From Myxococcota bacterium (GTDB lineage Bacteria; Myxococcota_A; UBA9042), in contig JBMOIG010000004.1 of NCBI GenBank assembly GCA_049317445.1, positions 5,182 to 69,181 on the forward strand: 64,000 nucleotides of DNA, given 5' to 3'. The position numbers and the translations under genes were made by a program. The notes under the pieces are model-generated. The model was not told the origin of the DNA. It saw only the letters and a list, made by a program, of their open reading frames with translations, and ran no database searches. Shown one piece after another: positions 18,753 through 28,900 of the stretch (its first letter is position 1; every line of letters begins with the position of its first letter).

Positions 18753-19841
18753 TCAGAAGCCTTCGCACGTGCCTTCGGGCCGCTCCTGGTGCACAAAGTC
18801 GCCCATCCGGCTGAAGGTGGGGCTGTACCAAGCGTCGGCGTCGAACGCCCACCAGAGAAAGCCTGCCTTGCCCTTGACCGTGTCCAGGGGAACAAGGCCA
18901 AAGAACCTGCCATCCTGCGAGTTGTCGCGGTTGTCGCCCATCACCAACAGGTTGCCGGGCGGCACGACGTAGTCCGGGAAGTCCTTGTTGTCCGCTCGGC
19001 CATAGCCCTTGGCGTGCGGGAACTGTGGGTCGGACTCCTCCATCGGCCAGTCCTTGACGTCGCCACCGGTGCCGTGTTGCGTCGTGTAGACGATGCCGTT
19101 GATGCACTCCTGCTCGGCAACGTAGGGCCAGCGCGCGCGACCGATGTCGTGAAATTCACCGGGGTTGGCGATGGCCTTGCGTGGCACCGGCTTGCCGTTG
19201 CGGAAGATTTGGTAGTCGACCATGCGGATGCGGTCGCCGGGGGCACCGATGACGCGCTTGATCAGGTCGTTGCCGGTCGACGAGTCGTTGTCGTACGGGT
19301 ACTCGAAGACGATGACCTCACCGGGGCGGGGATCGCGGAAAGTCAGGAACTTGACGCGTGTAAACGGGATCTTCAGGCCGTAGATGAACTTGTTGACGAA
19401 CAGGTGGTCGTGGATCTGCAGCGTCGGGATCATCGAGCCCGTCGGGATCTTGAACGCCTCGAAGACGAAGGCGCGGATCACGAGCGTCAGCAGCACCGCC
19501 CAGAAGATGGCCTCGGCGTACTCGCGCACCACGGACTTGCGATAGCGGCCCAGGTGCTCGTCCAGCCCAGCCTCGAATGCGTCAGCCGCCGTCGTCAGCG
19601 CCGCAGCGTCGATGTCCTTGAGTTCCTTGGGGCGGGCGGAGCTCAGGGTGGCGAGCTGCGTCTGCAGGGACTCGCGCACCGGCTCGGACAGCTTGGCCCC
19701 GTGCTTGCCCAGCAGGGATTTGCCCACCGACAGCAGCTGGTCGGCACGCTCGGCTTGGTCGCGAATGAAGCGGCGCAACGCCTTGGGAGCACTGGGGATG
19801 ACGGTCCGTTCTGGAGGGCGTGGGGCGGGGCTCTGGCTCAT
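18753..19841 (-). CDS. lepB: Signal peptidase I with N-terminal helical extension
   Basis: Motifs FKIPTGSMIPTL, LIKRVIG and MGDNRDNSQDGR. Confidence 0.93.
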   Translation of the reverse strand: MSQSPAPRPPERTVIPSAPKALRRFIRDQAERADQLLSVGKSLLGKHGAKLSEPVRESLQTQLATLSSARPKELKDIDAAALTTAADAFEAGLDEHLGRYRKSVVREYAEAIFWAVLLTLVIRAFVFEAFKIPTGSMIPTLQIHDHLFVNKFIYGLKIPFTRVKFLTFRDPRPGEVIVFEYPYDNDSSTGNDLIKRVIGAPGDRIRMVDYQIFRNGKPVPRKAIANPGEFHDIGRARWPYVAEQECINGIVYTTQHGTGGDVKDWPMEESDPQFPHAKGYGRADNKDFPDYVVPPGNLLVMGDNRDNSQDGRFFGLVPLDTVKGKAGFLWWAFDADAWYSPTFSRMGDFVHQERPEGTCEGF

Positions 19842-19863
19842 CGGACCTCGGGTGGGCAAAACG

Positions 19864-19907
19864 TGCGCCGGCGGCTGCGGGCAAGGGAGCCTACAGCCGC
19901 CGGTGCA
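19864..19907. terminator. Strong stem-loop between the giant lipoprotein gene and lepB
   Basis: TGCGCCGGCGGCTG ... CAGCCGCCGGTGCA, a 14-bp inverted repeat with one G-T pair. Confidence 0.55.
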
Positions 19908-19930
19908 GGAATCAACTCGCTAAAGCCGGG

Positions 19931-22900
19931 CTACTTGTCCGCGCGGACCATCACGTCGTCGATGAAGACGCCCGCGCCGGCGTTGATGCTGCAGTCGCTT
20001 GAGTCGAACGCGAAGGCCAGCGTGACCGTGAGACCCTGCATCGCGGTGACGTCATAGGTAAAGGTCGTCCACTTCTTCACGGCCGCTGTCTTGTCGACCG
20101 CTACGGCCCAGGACTTCGGCTGGATCGGCGCAATCTCTGTCAGACCCACCACGAACTTGTCGTACAGCGGGTTGGTCTCTGCGTCCACGTAGGCGGAGAA
20201 CGTCAGCAGCGTCTTCGCTCCCAGCGTCGCCGGAACCGGGATCTGGAACTTGCCGGAAGTAGCCGTGCCCTGAACCTTGGGCGAGGCGGAGCACGCATAG
20301 TCCTTGCCGTTGTTGAAGTTCAACGAGCAATCGGGGCTAAGGGCGGTCACGCCGTTGTTGTCGATGGCCCAGTGGGGGCCCGCCGGGTACGCGCTGGCGA
20401 CGGTCCAGCCGCTGGTGTCGCCGCAGGTGATACCGTCGGCAAAAGAAGGAACCGGCCGATGTTCCAGCACCACGTCGTCGATCAGCCAGCCCACGCCGTC
20501 GTTGTAGTTGAGGTCGACCGAGTCGAACACGAAGCGCAGGCGGATCTTCTTGCCCTTCATCTGCGTGAGATCGACCGTGTTGTAGCGCCAGCCCGACATG
20601 ACGTTGGCCGAGTTGACGAACAGCGGCTTGATTGGGACGGTGACGAAGGCGTCGCCGCTGATCTCGACCCAGCGCTTGTCGTACGAGCCCACGTTGTCGA
20701 CCTCAGTGCCGATCCACTCGCGGAACACGATGCTGACGTTGCCGGTGGCCGCCTCGAGGTCGATGACCGGCGAGAGCACGCTGCCCGACACCGTCCCCGC
20801 GTAGTCCGTGCCGTTGTTGAAGTTCATGCTGGCGGGCGCCGACAGCGGCGCAGGAACCGCAGGCGTCGCGTCGATGGCCCAGACCGAGCCGTTGACCGCG
20901 GCAGAGGACTGCCAGCCGTTGACGTTGTTCGCAAAGCCCTCGATGTAGGTCTTGCCGGCGGCGACGACGGCGACGGGACCGGCGTAGACGTTCAGTTCGT
21001 CGACGAACCAGCCGGGACCAGAGGCGCCCACGGCCACCGAGTCGAAGCGGAAGCGAACCTGGAAGGCCTTGCCGACCAACGAGTTCACGTCCAGCGTCTC
21101 CATGTGCCAGACCTTGGAGAACTTGGTGTTGTCCAGCATGTAGGCCTTGGCGATGGTGTTGAAGCCGTCGGTGCTGAACTCCACGACGCGCTTGTCCAGC
21201 GTGTTGGAGGTGGACATGCCGTGGTACGAGTAGAAGACGAACGTCAGGTAGGTGCCGGTCACCTTGGTCGCATCGACCAGGAACTTGCTGTAGGCCGTCG
21301 CTTGGACGGGGATGGTATCGGCGTAGTTGGTGCCCTTGTTCACGTTCAGCGAAGCCGCGCCCGTCAGCTTGCCGGGGATGGCAGGCGTCGCGTCGGTCAT
21401 CCACTTCACGAACGTGCTGTTGGTGACGCCCGTCCACAGCGGGTCGGCATAGTCGATGGCCAGCGAAACAGGAACCGGCAGGGCGGGGCAAGCCGACTTG
21501 CCGACGGCCAAAGCGAAGGAGCACGCACCCGACGTCGTGTTGCAGTTGTCGAGCGTGCAGGGGTTGCCGTCGTCGCAGTCCTTGGGGGCGCCAGCGCCGC
21601 AGCTGCCGTCCTTGCAGGTGTCGATCAGCGTGCACGCATTGTTGTCGGAGCACGGCGCGAGGTTGTTGCCGTACACGCACTTCTTGGCGATCTCGTCGCA
21701 CTTGTCGTTGGTGCAGACGTTGCCGTCGTTGCAGTTGGGGACAGAGACCTGGCACTTGCCGTCCTTGCAGGTGTCGGTGACGGTGCAGAACTTGCCGTCA
21801 TCGCAAGCGGACGTGTTGTTGACGTAGAGGCAGCCGAGCTTCGGGCTGCAGCTGTCGTTGGTGCACGGGTTGATGTCGTCGCACTTGACCGGATTGGCGC
21901 CCACGCACACGCCCTTGCCGTTGCACGTGTCGGTCGCGGTGCAAATGTTGCCGTCGTTGCACGTCAGCGTGTTGGCCGTGAACGTGCAGATGTTGTTCGA
22001 GCAGGTGTCCGTCGTGCACGGGTTGACGTCGTCGCAGATCTTGCCGATGCCGACGCACTTGCCGGCACTGCAGGCGTCGCCCTTTGTGCAGGTGTTGCCG
22101 TCGTCACACTTCGAGCCGTTCACCGTCGATGCGTACTGGCAGGCCAGCTTGGGATCGCAAGTGTCGATGGTGCAGGCGTTGTTGTCATTGCAGTCCATCG
22201 TCGCACTGCCCGCGCACTTGCCGTCGGTGCACTTGTCGTCGAGGGTGCAGATGCTGCCGTCGGTGCACTTGACCGTGTTGGCGGCAAACAGGCAGCCCTT
22301 CGCCGGGTCGCAGGCGTCGTCGGTGCAGACGTTGCCGTCGTCGCACTTCTTGGCGGTGCCGGCGCACGCTCCGTCGGCGCACTTGTCGTCGATGGTGCAG
22401 AGATCGTTGTCGTTGCAGACCTCAGTGTTGTTCGCGTTCACGCAGCCCGCGGCCGGGTCGCACGAGTCGGCGGTGCAGGGGTTGGCGTCATCGCACTTGG
22501 TCGGTGAGGCTCCGGCCTTGCAGGTGCCGTCGAGGCAGGCGTCGCCCGCCGTGCACGCGTTGCCGTCGTCGCAAGCAGCCGTGTTGTTCTTGGCCGCGCA
22601 ACCGCCCACGGGGTCGCAAACGTCGTCGGTGCAGGGGTTGCCGTCGTCGCAGGTGATCTTGACCCCGACGCAGCTGCCCTTGTCGCAGGCTTCGTTCTGG
22701 GTGCAGACCGAGCCGTCGTTGCAGCTGGAGCCATCAGCGCGCGCCACGTTGCTGCACTTGCCTGTGTCGGCGGTGCAGGAGTCGAGGGTGCAGTCGTTCT
22801 GGTCGTCGCACACCTTGGGCGTGCCCGAGCACAAGCCGCTGGCGCAGATGTCGCTGGCAGTGCAGCCGTTGCCGTCGTCGCAGGCAGCGGTGTTGTCGGC

Positions 22901-24121
22901 AAAGCCGCACGCGCCGGTCGCCGAGTCGCACTTGTCGGTGGTGCAGGGGTTGCCGTCGTCGCAAGGGATGGGCTTGCCGGGCGCGCAGGCGGTCTTGGCG
23001 CACACGTCGTTCTCCGTGCACTTGTCGCCGTCGTCGCAAGGCTGGGCGTTGGCCACGAACACGCAAGCATCGTCCTTGCAAGAGTCGTCAGTGCAGGCGT
23101 TCAAGTCGTCGCAGACCTTGCCGTTGGTGCCCTCGCACTTGCCGCCCTTGCACAGGTCGGTCTTGGTGCAGGAGTTGCCGTCGTCACAGGTCAGGGCGTC
23201 GTCCGCCGTGTTGATGCAACCCTTTGTCTTGTCGCAGGTGTCGGCGGTGCAGGACTCCTTGTCGTCGCAGGACAGGACGGCTCCGGTGCACTTGCCGGCC
23301 GCACACTTGTCCTCGATCGTGCACGCGTCGCCGTCGCTGCAGAGCGCCCCTTCTTCCACGGAAACGTGCGCGCAGCCCTTGACCACGTCACAGCTGTCCA
23401 CCGTGCAGGGATTGGAGTCGTCGCACACGGTAGGGGCGCCGCCGACGCACACGCCCTCCAGACACTTGTCGTCCGAGGTGCACGCGTTGTTGTCCGAGCA
23501 CGCTGCAGTGTTCTTCGTGTACTGGCAGCCCTTCGCGGCGTCACAGGTCTCGTCGGTGCAGGGGTTGCCGTCGTCGCAGTCCTTCACCTTGCCCTGGCAC
23601 TTGCTGTCGGCGCAGCCGTCGTCGGTGGAGCAGGCGTCGCCGTCGTTGCAAGCCAGCGTGTTCGCGGTAGCCACGCAACCGGTCTTGGGATCGCACGTGT
23701 CGTCGGTGCAGGGGTTGGCGTCGTCGCAGGTCACAGGCGTGCCGAGGCACTGGCCTTCCTTGCAGGTTCCCTTCTCCGTGCAGGCGTCTTCGTCCTCGCA
23801 CGCGCCGCCGTTCTCAGCGTCGGCCAGACCGCACAGGCCGGTCGCCAGACACACGGCCTTCTGGCACGCGGGCTCCGTGATCTTGCCCGTGCAGTCCGCA
23901 TCGACCTTGCATGAGGGCACCGTGGTGTCTTCGGCTGGGATCAGGTCGGAGTCGGTGCCGTCGGGCTGCTCAGCGTCGCCGAACTGGACGTCGGTCGAGC
24001 CGCTGCCGTCGGCGTCGGGAAGGGTGACGTTGCCGGAGGGGAGGGTGTTCGTATTGCCGCAAGCCGAGAAGGCAAGAGCGAGCGTTGCAAGACACACTGC
24101 AGCCCAAAAGCGCTTAGACAT
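19931..24121 (-). CDS. Giant Cys-rich repeat lipoprotein (1396 aa) with three tandem C-terminal jelly-roll (MAM/immune-inhibitor-A-like) domains
   Basis: Lipobox LAFSAC. About 30 CxDGNxCT units. Three repeats of SLNFNNGxDY...FxFDSxD...GWxxDD. Confidence 0.85.
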   Translation of the reverse strand: MSKRFWAAVCLATLALAFSACGNTNTLPSGNVTLPDADGSGSTDVQFGDAEQPDGTDSDLIPAEDTTVPSCKVDADCTGKITEPACQKAVCLATGLCGLADAENGGACEDEDACTEKGTCKEGQCLGTPVTCDDANPCTDDTCDPKTGCVATANTLACNDGDACSTDDGCADSKCQGKVKDCDDGNPCTDETCDAAKGCQYTKNTAACSDNNACTSDDKCLEGVCVGGAPTVCDDSNPCTVDSCDVVKGCAHVSVEEGALCSDGDACTIEDKCAAGKCTGAVLSCDDKESCTADTCDKTKGCINTADDALTCDDGNSCTKTDLCKGGKCEGTNGKVCDDLNACTDDSCKDDACVFVANAQPCDDGDKCTENDVCAKTACAPGKPIPCDDGNPCTTDKCDSATGACGFADNTAACDDGNGCTASDICASGLCSGTPKVCDDQNDCTLDSCTADTGKCSNVARADGSSCNDGSVCTQNEACDKGSCVGVKITCDDGNPCTDDVCDPVGGCAAKNNTAACDDGNACTAGDACLDGTCKAGASPTKCDDANPCTADSCDPAAGCVNANNTEVCNDNDLCTIDDKCADGACAGTAKKCDDGNVCTDDACDPAKGCLFAANTVKCTDGSICTLDDKCTDGKCAGSATMDCNDNNACTIDTCDPKLACQYASTVNGSKCDDGNTCTKGDACSAGKCVGIGKICDDVNPCTTDTCSNNICTFTANTLTCNDGNICTATDTCNGKGVCVGANPVKCDDINPCTNDSCSPKLGCLYVNNTSACDDGKFCTVTDTCKDGKCQVSVPNCNDGNVCTNDKCDEIAKKCVYGNNLAPCSDNNACTLIDTCKDGSCGAGAPKDCDDGNPCTLDNCNTTSGACSFALAVGKSACPALPVPVSLAIDYADPLWTGVTNSTFVKWMTDATPAIPGKLTGAASLNVNKGTNYADTIPVQATAYSKFLVDATKVTGTYLTFVFYSYHGMSTSNTLDKRVVEFSTDGFNTIAKAYMLDNTKFSKVWHMETLDVNSLVGKAFQVRFRFDSVAVGASGPGWFVDELNVYAGPVAVVAAGKTYIEGFANNVNGWQSSAAVNGSVWAIDATPAVPAPLSAPASMNFNNGTDYAGTVSGSVLSPVIDLEAATGNVSIVFREWIGTEVDNVGSYDKRWVEISGDAFVTVPIKPLFVNSANVMSGWRYNTVDLTQMKGKKIRLRFVFDSVDLNYNDGVGWLIDDVVLEHRPVPSFADGITCGDTSGWTVASAYPAGPHWAIDNNGVTALSPDCSLNFNNGKDYACSASPKVQGTATSGKFQIPVPATLGAKTLLTFSAYVDAETNPLYDKFVVGLTEIAPIQPKSWAVAVDKTAAVKKWTTFTYDVTAMQGLTVTLAFAFDSSDCSINAGAGVFIDDVMVRADK

Positions 24122-24332
24122 GCCGGTACCTCTGTAGTCGAATGGTGCGGAAGGGGTCGCCGGGCGACGCACACCCGGTGTGGCGGCGAGGAATCCAAGA
24201 ACCCCCGATCCCTGCTCCAAAAAGCGGCGCAGATCATAATCCGACATGCGATGGTATGTCCACATGAATTCGCGCAGTCTGGGTCCAGACGGCCAGAATC
24301 GAGGCAACGTCAGCGTGCCGGGAAACGGCTGC

Positions 24333-24361
24333 TTGACACGATCGCGCCGCCGGTCTATCCG
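24333..24361 (+). promoter_or_regulatory. Sigma70-type promoter for the zapA unit
   Basis: TTGACA-17 bp-TATCCG. Confidence 0.55.
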
Positions 24362-24409
24362 CCGATCGACGCACCGGCGCCCCGGTCGTCCCGCCACGGA
24401 GGAGCGATC

Positions 24410-24697
24410 ATGTCCAAGGCAGTCAAGGTCACGCTGATGGGCAAGCCCTTCACGCTGCAGACCGATGAGGACGAGGCCCATGTGCAGCGGGTTGCAGCAC
24501 TGGTCGACGCCCGCGTGGCCGAGCTTCAGGTTCGCGCGGCTTCCTTGCCTCCGCAGTCGCTGGCGCTGCTGGCCGCGCTGACGATCGCCGATGACCTCGA
24601 GAAGGAGCGTGCTGGCCACGCCCGACGCGACGACGGTCTGCGCGATCAGGTGCAGCGGTTGCGCATGCGGATCAAGTCCGCGGTGGGTGACGCCTAG
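24410..24697 (+). CDS. zapA: Cell division protein ZapA
   Basis: Sequence VKVTLMGKPFTL...VAALVDARV...LALLAALTIADDL. GGAGGAG RBS. Confidence 0.9.
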   Translation: MSKAVKVTLMGKPFTLQTDEDEAHVQRVAALVDARVAELQVRAASLPPQSLALLAALTIADDLEKERAGHARRDDGLRDQVQRLRMRIKSAVGDA

Positions 24698-24733
24698 GCG
24701 CCTCGCCCCCTGCCACACCCCACGAGAGGACCC

Positions 24734-25429
24734 ATGCGTGAGTTCCCGGCGGCGATGCCACCTGCCTCGAACCCTACCGTGCGCCAGGCCTGGCTGGCGT
24801 CGCTGGCTGCAAGTCCGGTCGAGGTCTCGGCTTCACGCGGTGCGGCTGCCGACGCGGCAGGTTGGCGAGCGTTGGCCGACGCGGAGTTGCGCTCTCGCCC
24901 AGCACCGGTCCGTCAGGCTCACGCGGTGCGCTTGGCCGAAGCCGGGCTGGCTACTGCACAGGCACTGGGCGCCCGCCGCGTCGGACTGTACAGTCCCGTC
25001 GGTGCAGAGGTCGACACCCGCGAGCTGGCCAACCGTTTGCTTGCCAACGGTTTTCTTCTTGCGTATCCCAGACTTCGGCCCCGGGGCGAGGCGCTGGACC
25101 CGGCCGCTTGCGACGGTCCCACGTTCCTTGCGCCTCGTCCACGGACGCGGCTGCTCGAGCCGACGGGTCCCGTGCTGGACCCGCGAGAGCTGGATTTGGT
25201 GTTTGTGCCTGCGCAGGTTGTGCGGGGTGATCTGGGCCGCTTGGGACGACCGGACGACCTGCTGGACGCCTACCTTGCCGGACTGCGACCCGAGTGCGTC
25301 GCGGTGGGCGTCGCGGCCGCAGCTTGCGTGCTGGACTGGACGCCGCGCTCACCCTCCGACCGTCGCGTGACCGCAGTGTGCACGGAGCACGGGCTGTTCG
25401 GCCCGGCGGCCCAAGAGGCGACGGCGTGA
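24734..25429 (+). CDS. 5-formyltetrahydrofolate cyclo-ligase family protein (YgfA-like) with degenerate motifs
   Basis: Motifs VGLYSPVGAEVDT, LAYPR, LLEP, LDLVFVP and DRRVTAVCTE. Located after zapA. Confidence 0.75.
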   Translation: MREFPAAMPPASNPTVRQAWLASLAASPVEVSASRGAAADAAGWRALADAELRSRPAPVRQAHAVRLAEAGLATAQALGARRVGLYSPVGAEVDTRELANRLLANGFLLAYPRLRPRGEALDPAACDGPTFLAPRPRTRLLEPTGPVLDPRELDLVFVPAQVVRGDLGRLGRPDDLLDAYLAGLRPECVAVGVAAAACVLDWTPRSPSDRRVTAVCTEHGLFGPAAQEATA

Positions 25430-25980
25430 ACGAGGTCCAACCCCAAGGAATCCTGGGCCGCATGGCCGCCATCCCTCTGCGCCACAAGCAGTTTCTGGTC
25501 TTCTGCGCGGTCGGGGCGTCAGGCGTGCTCGTCAACCTAGTGGTGTTTGGCAGCCTGAGCGCGGCGTTGGAGGCGACCGGCAGCCCGGACCGCTGGTTGG
25601 CGGCGAATGCAGCCATGGTGGGCGGCTGGGCCGTGTCCGTGGCGACCAACTTCCTGCTGAACGATTGGCTGACGTTCCGCGACCGCGCTGGAGACTACCA
25701 GTCGTCGCGCCGCCGCCGTGTGCTGCGCTACTACGTCATGGCGTCGATCGGTCTGGCCCTGCAGTCGCTGGTCTTCAACGCGCTGTTCTGGACGCTGGCA
25801 TGGGTGACAGACCAGTGGACAACCGCGCAGTGGACGGCGCTGCATCAGGGTCCGCCGGGTGCGGTCGGGTGGGTCTGGCAGCGGCTGGTCGAGCACTGGC
25901 TGGCGTGCGCGAACCTGGTCGGCATCGGCCTTGCGACCATCGTCAACTACCTGATGTCCAAGCGTTGGGTGTTCCGCTAG
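25426..25980 (+). CDS. GtrA family membrane protein
   Basis: Motifs FLVFCAVGASGVLVN, NFLLNDWLTFR and VNYLMSKRWVFR. GTGA overlap with the upstream gene. Confidence 0.88.
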   Translation: MNEVQPQGILGRMAAIPLRHKQFLVFCAVGASGVLVNLVVFGSLSAALEATGSPDRWLAANAAMVGGWAVSVATNFLLNDWLTFRDRAGDYQSSRRRRVLRYYVMASIGLALQSLVFNALFWTLAWVTDQWTTAQWTALHQGPPGAVGWVWQRLVEHWLACANLVGIGLATIVNYLMSKRWVFR

Positions 25981-25989
25981 GCCGCGCCC

Positions 25990-28900
25990 CTACGGCAGCG
26001 GCAGCGCATACGTCACGCTTCGCAGGAGCGGAGGCGAGATCGTCGACGAGTTCGCGCAGACGTTGCCGACGAACAAGGCACCGCCCGACCGTGCGTCGGC
26101 GGCGACGGCGGTAAAGGCGCTGTTGGTGCAGGCCGTTCCGCTGAAATTCGGAGTGGCCAGCACGCGAACGGTCCATGTTGCCGGGTCGAGCTGGGTGCCG
26201 ATGGCGTCCTTGTGGATCAGGACGACCGGCTCGATGACACCCTTGATCGTCCGGGAACCCCAAAGGAAGACGTAGCCGTTGTACGTGGTGACGGCGCGGA
26301 TCGCGTACGCGCTGACGATGCTGTTCGCGCTGTAGAATGTCGCAGCGTTGCCCTTCTGGAAGGCGAGGAAGCCCGACGGTCCGATGATCCACCGGGAGGT
26401 GTCGTCCGACAGGAACATCCCTTGGTCGTAGACCACCGCGTCTCCGAACGTTTCCATAGAGTTGGCGTAGGCGCCCGCAGTTGTCTTCGTATACGCGCCC
26501 GTCGATGGGTCCCACACCCAGTCGACGATCGTGGGGTTGAAGGTGGACAGGACAGGCATGGTGGCGACGGCTACGTTGTAGACGGCCGTGGTCGAAGACA
26601 TGCAAGGCGGCAAGCAAAGTGTCTTGTAGGTGGAGACCGTCGCGGCGACGGGAAACTGCTTGCTCGACACTGGCGTCCCCGCGCAAGTGAATTTGACGGT
26701 CCCGGAATCTGGACCGTAGCAGCGCGCAACGGCAGTCGGGCCGGCGAGATGCACGTACAGCGTGGTGCCGACCAACTTTGAGCCAACGGTTCGCCAGTCC
26801 AGGCCACTCAGGCCGGCGCTGTTGAGTCCGGCGACAAGCGGGTTGGAGGTGCTCCAACTGTTCAAGGCAGGCATCCACATCCAGACCGCGCCCTTCAGGC
26901 CGACGACGACTTGGTCTGACGCGTGGAGCAGCGTGCCGGGAATGATGAACCCTGGGTCGACCACTTTGCCGTTGGAAGCGAGGGTGGTGATGGCGTACTC
27001 CGGGCTTGCCGCCGGGTCGGCGACCGGCTTGGGCGCCATGACCGCGGCCCAGCTGTTCTTGAACTTGGACTGATAAGCCAGGCCGACGACGGGTCCGGGC
27101 GTTCCGTCCATCATCGAGAAGCCGACACACGCTGCGTTGACGCAGACATCGCCGGAGGTGGCCGACTTGCCGTCGCTGCACGCGGAGAAGTCGGCGACGG
27201 GCGAGGCCCCAGAGCAGGTCCCGGCGCCGTCGCACACCTCTCCGGAAGTGCAGTCGTTGGCGTCGGTGCACGCCGTCCCCTTGACGAGCGCGGAGTTCTT
27301 GCAGCTCGCCGACGCGTTGTCGCACGCGGCCTGCTGGCAGGTCGGTGCTGCGGGGCAGACCTTGGCGCTGCCGCCGCCGCACTTGCCGTTGCTGTCGCAA
27401 ACCTCGTTCTCCGTGCAGAACAGGCCGTCGCTGCAAGTGGTACCGGTCGCCTTGGGCTTGGTTCCGCAGTTGCCCGTCACCGTGTCGCAGGTTGCATCGT
27501 TGCACTGGTCGCCGTTGCAGACCTTCGCAGCGCCGCCGACGCAGGCGCCCGCAATGTTGCAGGTGTCGCTCTGGGTGCAGGCGTTACCGTCGCTGCACGC
27601 AGCGTTGATCTGCACCGAGTTCTGGCACTTGTAGATGGTCCCCGAGAGGACACAGGCGTCGAGTGTGCACGCGTTGCCGTCGTTGCAGTCTTTGGCTTGG
27701 TTCGCCACCGTGCAGGCGCACGTGTACGAGCCCGACTTGCAGGCACCCGCCAAGCACTGGTCGCCGCTGGTGCAGGCGTTGCCGTCGCTGCAACTGGAGC
27801 CACCGGCCTTGGGATTCAGCCCGCACGCACCGGTGTTCGGGTCGCAGGTAGGGTCGTTGCACTGGTCGCCTGTGCAGGCCTTGACCTGTCCGCCGCCGCA
27901 CACGCCGGCCGTGTTGCACTCCTCAGACGACGTGCACGCGTTGCCGTCCGAACAAGAGGTGCCTAGTGCCGCGGCCGTCGTCGTGCACTTGTCGTTCTGT
28001 TCGTCGCACTGTCCGACCAGACAGTTGCCGCCGGGGCAGGACTGCGTTGCGCCTGCGCACGTGCCCTTGCCGTCACACATGTCGCCGACCGTGCAGAACT
28101 GCCCGTCGTCGCACAGGGTGGCCGCAGCCTTGGGGACCTTCTTGCACTGGTCGGCGCCGTCGTCGCACTGGCCGACGTTGCAGGCGTCCGCAACTTCGGC
28201 GCAAGTCTTGGCCAGGCCGCCGACGCAGGTACCGTTGGCGCTGCAGGCGTCGTTCAGCGTGCAGTACTGACCATCCTCACAGGAGGTTCCCTGAGGTTTC
28301 GGTGACTTGCCGCATTGGTAGGTGGCGACTCCGGTCGACCCGCAGGAACCGGAATTGCACGCGTCATTCTGCGCAGAGCAGTCCGGCGCGTCGCCCGGCT
28401 GGCACTTGCCCGCCTTGCAGCCGTCGTTGACCGTGCAGCCGCTGCCGTCGGCATCGCAAGGGGTGGCGTCCGCCTTCGGGACCGAGGTGCACGCACCCGT
28501 TGCGGCATCGCACGCGCCGGTGTTGCACGCGTTGGCGGACGCGCTGCAGTCCTTCGCCGTTCCGCCCGTGCACGCGCCGGCCTGGCAAACGCCCGACCCG
28601 GGGTTCTGGCACTTGTTGGCGGTGTCGCACGCCTTGCCGTTGGCGGCGGCCGCCTCGTTCTTGCACTTCTTGGTCGCCACGTCGCACGAGTCGACGGTGC
28701 AGGGGTTATTGTCGTCGCAGTCCTTGGCCCCGGTGGCGGGCTGGCACTGGCACTCGTTGATCGAGACACACTTGCCGCCGCTGCACGAGTCCTTGGTGCA
28801 CGCCTCGCCGTCGTCGCACGCGGCCTTGTCGTCGGGCGTTTGCAGGCAGCCCTTGAGCAGGTCGCACGTGTCCACGGTGCAGGGGTTGCCGTCGCCGCAG

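Noticed and set aside
20372-24137. Long antisense and alternate-frame ORFs (e.g. 20372-22507, 21858-24137, 28315-30366, 41687-44089, 54330-56336)
   Set aside because: These are shadow ORFs expected at high GC opposite well-supported genes, with no recognisable motifs.
24122-24718. N-terminal extensions of ORF-track calls (19931-24718, 367-3576, 31950-33815, 59518-61239, 13068-14045)
   Set aside because: They overlap better-supported neighbouring genes. Internal starts with a signal peptide or RBS were chosen instead.
24698-24880. 6S RNA at the usual zapA-ygfA position
   Set aside because: Only a weak fragment (cctcgaaccc) resembles 6S and no long closing stem is evident. It is not called as a feature; see the related finding.
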